A stretch of DNA of 14,831 nt from an uncultured Fibrobacterales bacterium (GTDB lineage Bacteria > Fibrobacterota > Fibrobacteria > Fibrobacterales > CAWVXU01). The notes beneath the pieces are model-generated. The model saw only the letters and a program-made list of their open reading frames with translations, made no database searches and was not told where the DNA came from. The position numbers and the translations under genes were made by a program. The DNA is taken from contig CAWVXU010000065.1 in assembly GCA_963934255.1 (NCBI GenBank), positions 1-14,831 on the forward strand, read 5' to 3'. Positions 12,801 to 14,831 of the stretch are shown one piece after another; position 1 is the stretch's first letter, and every line of letters starts with the position of its first letter.

Positions 12801-14831
12801 TTGAGCGCTATACTTTGAATCCGAAACAGTTACTTGAAGGAGGTGAATTATTTCTGATTCATAGTCAATAAGGTTTGAATCTAAAACTGTAATATCACCT
12901 GAATTAGAAATTGCAAAAGCACCTGGAACTGTTTGTGAAGTGATGTCATAGGTCAGAGGACTATTGTCTGCGTCACTTGCTTGATGAGTTCCAACTGTAT
13001 CTCCCTGGGGGAAATCTTCATCAATAGTAAAGACGGCATTAGCATAAATTGGTGGGTTATCATTGAGGTTATTTAGAACCACAGTAACAGTTGCATTAGA
13101 ACTCAACGAATCGTCACTTACAACAACCTCTATTGTATGAATGCTATCTGCTTCAAAATCAATTTTGGATGAGTCATTGACTGAAAGTATCCCAGTAGGA
13201 CTTAAGACAAATGCATCGGGATATTTCTGTGACGCAATCACAAATGTCAAAATATCGTCATCCCCATCAGTAGCAACCAAAGTCCCTAAAACTGTCAGGT
13301 TAACAATGTCTTCGTTAATAGTGAATAGAGTATCGCGCATCACGGGAGAGCTGGCGTTAACGAGGCCGACTTTAATATAAAACGTTACATCGAGAGTATT
13401 TGCACCATCAAAGACACGAACCGTTAAAGTGTGTAATGAGTCTATTACATGGTCCACCGAGTCAGTATCAAATACTGTAAGAGCGCCCGTAACACTATCC
13501 AACCCGAATGCATTTTCATGCTCTTGACTTAATATTGAATAAGTTAGAGTGCTATTGTCTTCATCAGTTGCCACAAGAGTATCAATTGCAAATCCATTCA
13601 CTTCTGATTCAAAGACAAATAAAGTGTCGACAGTTAATTCAGGAGGGTTTTCATTGATTGAATTAATTGTAACTACTACAAATGAAGTATCAAATTGAGT
13701 TAAAGGGTTAATACCGCCATCATCTAAGGTGTAATATATAGTATCTATAAAGTTTTCTGAACCATCATGTACGTAGCTCAAAAGACCAGCACTAGTAAGA
13801 CTCGCAGTACCAAATTTAGCTTCGCCATCAACTCCTCTTAATGAATAGTCTTTTGCAAGTGGTAAACCATCAATTGAGTCTAGATCATTTGCACTTACGT
13901 CAATAGAATTGGTAGCGCCTTCATCCAAAGTGAGTAAGTCTATATTGGCTGTTGGCTTTTCATCATTGCTATTGCTAACTATAAAGGTAAAGGTCGAATC
14001 ATAAGTACCTTGATCAACATGTTCGTCTTGGACTCGAATGGTCAGTTGTAAACTCACATCTGCTGTATCTTTTGTGGCATTTTCAAATACCGCATTATCA
14101 TAGAGCGTGAGAGTTGAGCCATTCACTTCAAATAGGGCTCCATCTAAACCAGCGACAATGCTATAGCTCACGTTATTATCGTCACCATCCGGGTCAGTTG
14201 CAGTTAATGTAATTGGACCTGTAGTTCCTTCATCAATAGATAATTTATCAGTTTGAATCTGTGTTGGGAGTATATTGGCAGCATCTTCTGATTTAATTGG
14301 AACAAGATAAATCAGTGTATCAGTGCCATTAAAGTAGGCTGCATTGGCATCATCTTCTAGTATTAGATTACTGAGATTATCTGTTGAGAGTACTAAGATG
14401 AAATATTCTAATGAATCCACATCATTTTCTGCTAATAAATCATCATGCACGTAGAGAGTTAAAGGGGTGTCAGGCTCTGTATTGCCAACAGAAAAATCTA
14501 ATCTGCCTGAAAGGGCCGCAACCGCACCATTAATTCCATATGCAATATCACCAGTGCCATTATCACTAATAGTTGCTGCTCGCTTAGTTTGATCACTAAG
14601 AGATAGCCAGGGCAGACTTGAGCTAAAAGTTTCAATGGCGTAATTGACGTGCGCGGCTTCTGCTGTAGCAACTCCAAGAGAGACAGGAATGGTGACCAAG
14701 TTTGATTCGTCACTTCCGGGGGTGCTTGTAGGAGATTCTTCCAATGCAAATGAATCAGCACCTAAAAGAGAAACACCTGAAGGATCAAAGCCCACAAAAC
14801 CACCTGAAGCACCATCAAACCCACCATGTAA
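9828..14831 (-). CDS. Giant cadherin-repeat surface protein (paralogue B), 5'-partial and continuing beyond the window
   Basis: The frame is open to position 14831 (LHGGFDGASGGFVGFDP, aligning with KNANFNGNDGKFVAFNP of paralogue A), so the GTG at 14795 is internal. It has the same Calx-beta, 10 repeats, Ig-like domains, DKDGDGIPD and RVGYQRNND architecture as paralogue A. Confidence 0.9.
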   Translation of the reverse strand, partial: LHGGFDGASGGFVGFDPSGVSLLGADSFALEESPTSTPGSDESNLVTIPVSLGVATAEAAHVNYAIETFSSSLPWLSLSDQTKRAATISDNGTGDIAYGINGAVAALSGRLDFSVGNTEPDTPLTLYVHDDLLAENDVDSLEYFILVLSTDNLSNLILEDDANAAYFNGTDTLIYLVPIKSEDAANILPTQIQTDKLSIDEGTTGPITLTATDPDGDDNNVSYSIVAGLDGALFEVNGSTLTLYDNAVFENATKDTADVSLQLTIRVQDEHVDQGTYDSTFTFIVSNSNDEKPTANIDLLTLDEGATNSIDVSANDLDSIDGLPLAKDYSLRGVDGEAKFGTASLTSAGLLSYVHDGSENFIDTIYYTLDDGGINPLTQFDTSFVVVTINSINENPPELTVDTLFVFESEVNGFAIDTLVATDEDNSTLTYSILSQEHENAFGLDSVTGALTVFDTDSVDHVIDSLHTLTVRVFDGANTLDVTFYIKVGLVNASSPVMRDTLFTINEDIVNLTVLGTLVATDGDDDILTFVIASQKYPDAFVLSPTGILSVNDSSKIDFEADSIHTIEVVVSDDSLSSNATVTVVLNNLNDNPPIYANAVFTIDEDFPQGDTVGTHQASDADNSPLTYDITSQTVPGAFAISNSGDITVLDSNLIDYESEIIHLLQVTVSDSKYSAQSVITINITNVNDIKPILDDIVYTIDEDEPVGFVLDTLTGSDLDGDLLEYSIISQSPGNAFALRDIGELRILDNTLIDYETAITHVISVQVSDGVYFDTAQVTVNLTNVNDNPLIFTDTIFSISEAALIGDTVGVKLGYDADGLDLTYSIVSQEISGAFTYDSNGVFVVNDNSTFDFDGNNTKLDVTVMVTDGIDSATAFISIFLTDVNDNLPTLNGDTISISEEVSIGSIVTTLVGSDGDKNDNLGYFIQSGNSNSDFIVDPVSGVLTVSNDLIYERDSIYDLVVYTTSNSDTTTASIRIIIINVNVKPVITLLDTLRIDENTLEGEIVTGPFTGEDADSTQVIWGLVDSTYFNIDSLTGQLTLKQDSTLNYETQGTIPITLTASDDYSTSYKSVSVYLGDVNDAPVIDNQVIQIKENQAPGTVIGTITSTDEDADAVIIYSLIDDSLFKIDSLTGELTVRYSTELDYEDQKTHFLDVIVSDGQYADTNKTIISLINVVEVATIEIVEIFDESGRTVKGVDEFFTSDDSVSIIYDKNGVLDTIKYSVEEGLNILKETNDDETMDIHETVRAEVSVSKVVPVLVIVIDSTVPLDSAENVYYINDLENDAIVVQITYVNEKLETITFDSTITNGDFVEEGKERTKTIIYTDPFGNKSRINVNVILDTTPPELIIVTPEHKSKHKLLELDVMWITTDNDVRDTLNNVQLVSQGKYPITRSYSDFAGNSVTVTHVVTINADAAGALIELVDKVVEQKTEEEIIAYFEKKERDSDPGLENIILDKDGDGIPDIERANLNVILPIHNSSSVENLTAVEIGIQTSEGVVKRKNLTEFEYNPKTGLIGPTLELTLNFPINGGYSASDSLRQGYIPDSLRAACGQDSTMFKLKIEGIQFFIYDHIGQYVSQIRFNGFDLSDPNYQDDEGKVTLALELPQLKDGLKSEAGDNWGAGVYIMNGLIKTSATPRDCLSHINTLPTRRSSTTLLERVGYQRNND
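11298..14279 (-). repeat. Stalk of 10 tandem cadherin/Ig repeats in paralogue B
   Basis: Same motif periodicity as paralogue A (DxD, IDYE/IDFE, VSD, NVNDNP). Repeat 2 is again Big_9-like (YVHDGSENFIDTIYY). Confidence 0.88.

Noticed and set aside
5485..13380. Other + strand ORFs inside the adhesin genes (5485-5952, 6738-6989, 6853-7053, 7880-8113, 12121-12324, 13141-13380)
   Set aside because: All lie antisense to long, well-supported CDSs. Several have the Ser/Val/Ile-rich composition expected from the complement of Asp/Thr/Asn codons, and none has a recognisable motif.
14498..14795. GTG 14795 as the start of paralogue B, and the alternative-frame ORF 14498-14761 as a frameshifted piece
   Set aside because: The main frame is open to the window edge and aligns with paralogue A throughout, so neither a start nor a frameshift is needed here.

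Overview
AT-rich bacterial window with two convergent blocks. On the + strand (268-3652) is a translationally coupled three-gene cell-envelope operon: mraY (not inside a dcw cluster), a eukaryote-type (UAP1/UDPGP-family) UDP-N-acetylhexosamine pyrophosphorylase, and a divergent LpxL/HtrB-like acyltransferase. A divergent gene probably starts at position 28 on the - strand. On the - strand (3723 to beyond 14831) are two tandem paralogous giant secreted proteins, each followed by a homologous intrinsic terminator. The complete copy (about 1955 aa) has a signal peptide, a basic beta-solenoid-like tip (DUF3494/choice-of-anchor-A-like), a Calx-beta domain, 10 cadherin/Ig repeats, Ig-like domains, a DxDxDG loop and a conserved C-terminal module ending in ...GYQR. 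The second copy runs off the window. The paralogues are about 75% identical at the C-terminal end and about 35-55% in the distal stalk repeats compared, which look mosaic. The C-terminal module resembles FCB-group, especially Fibrobacterota, surface proteins (inference from recall, not searched). No rRNA, tRNA, CRISPR array or mobile element was seen. All percentages and counts are hand estimates.
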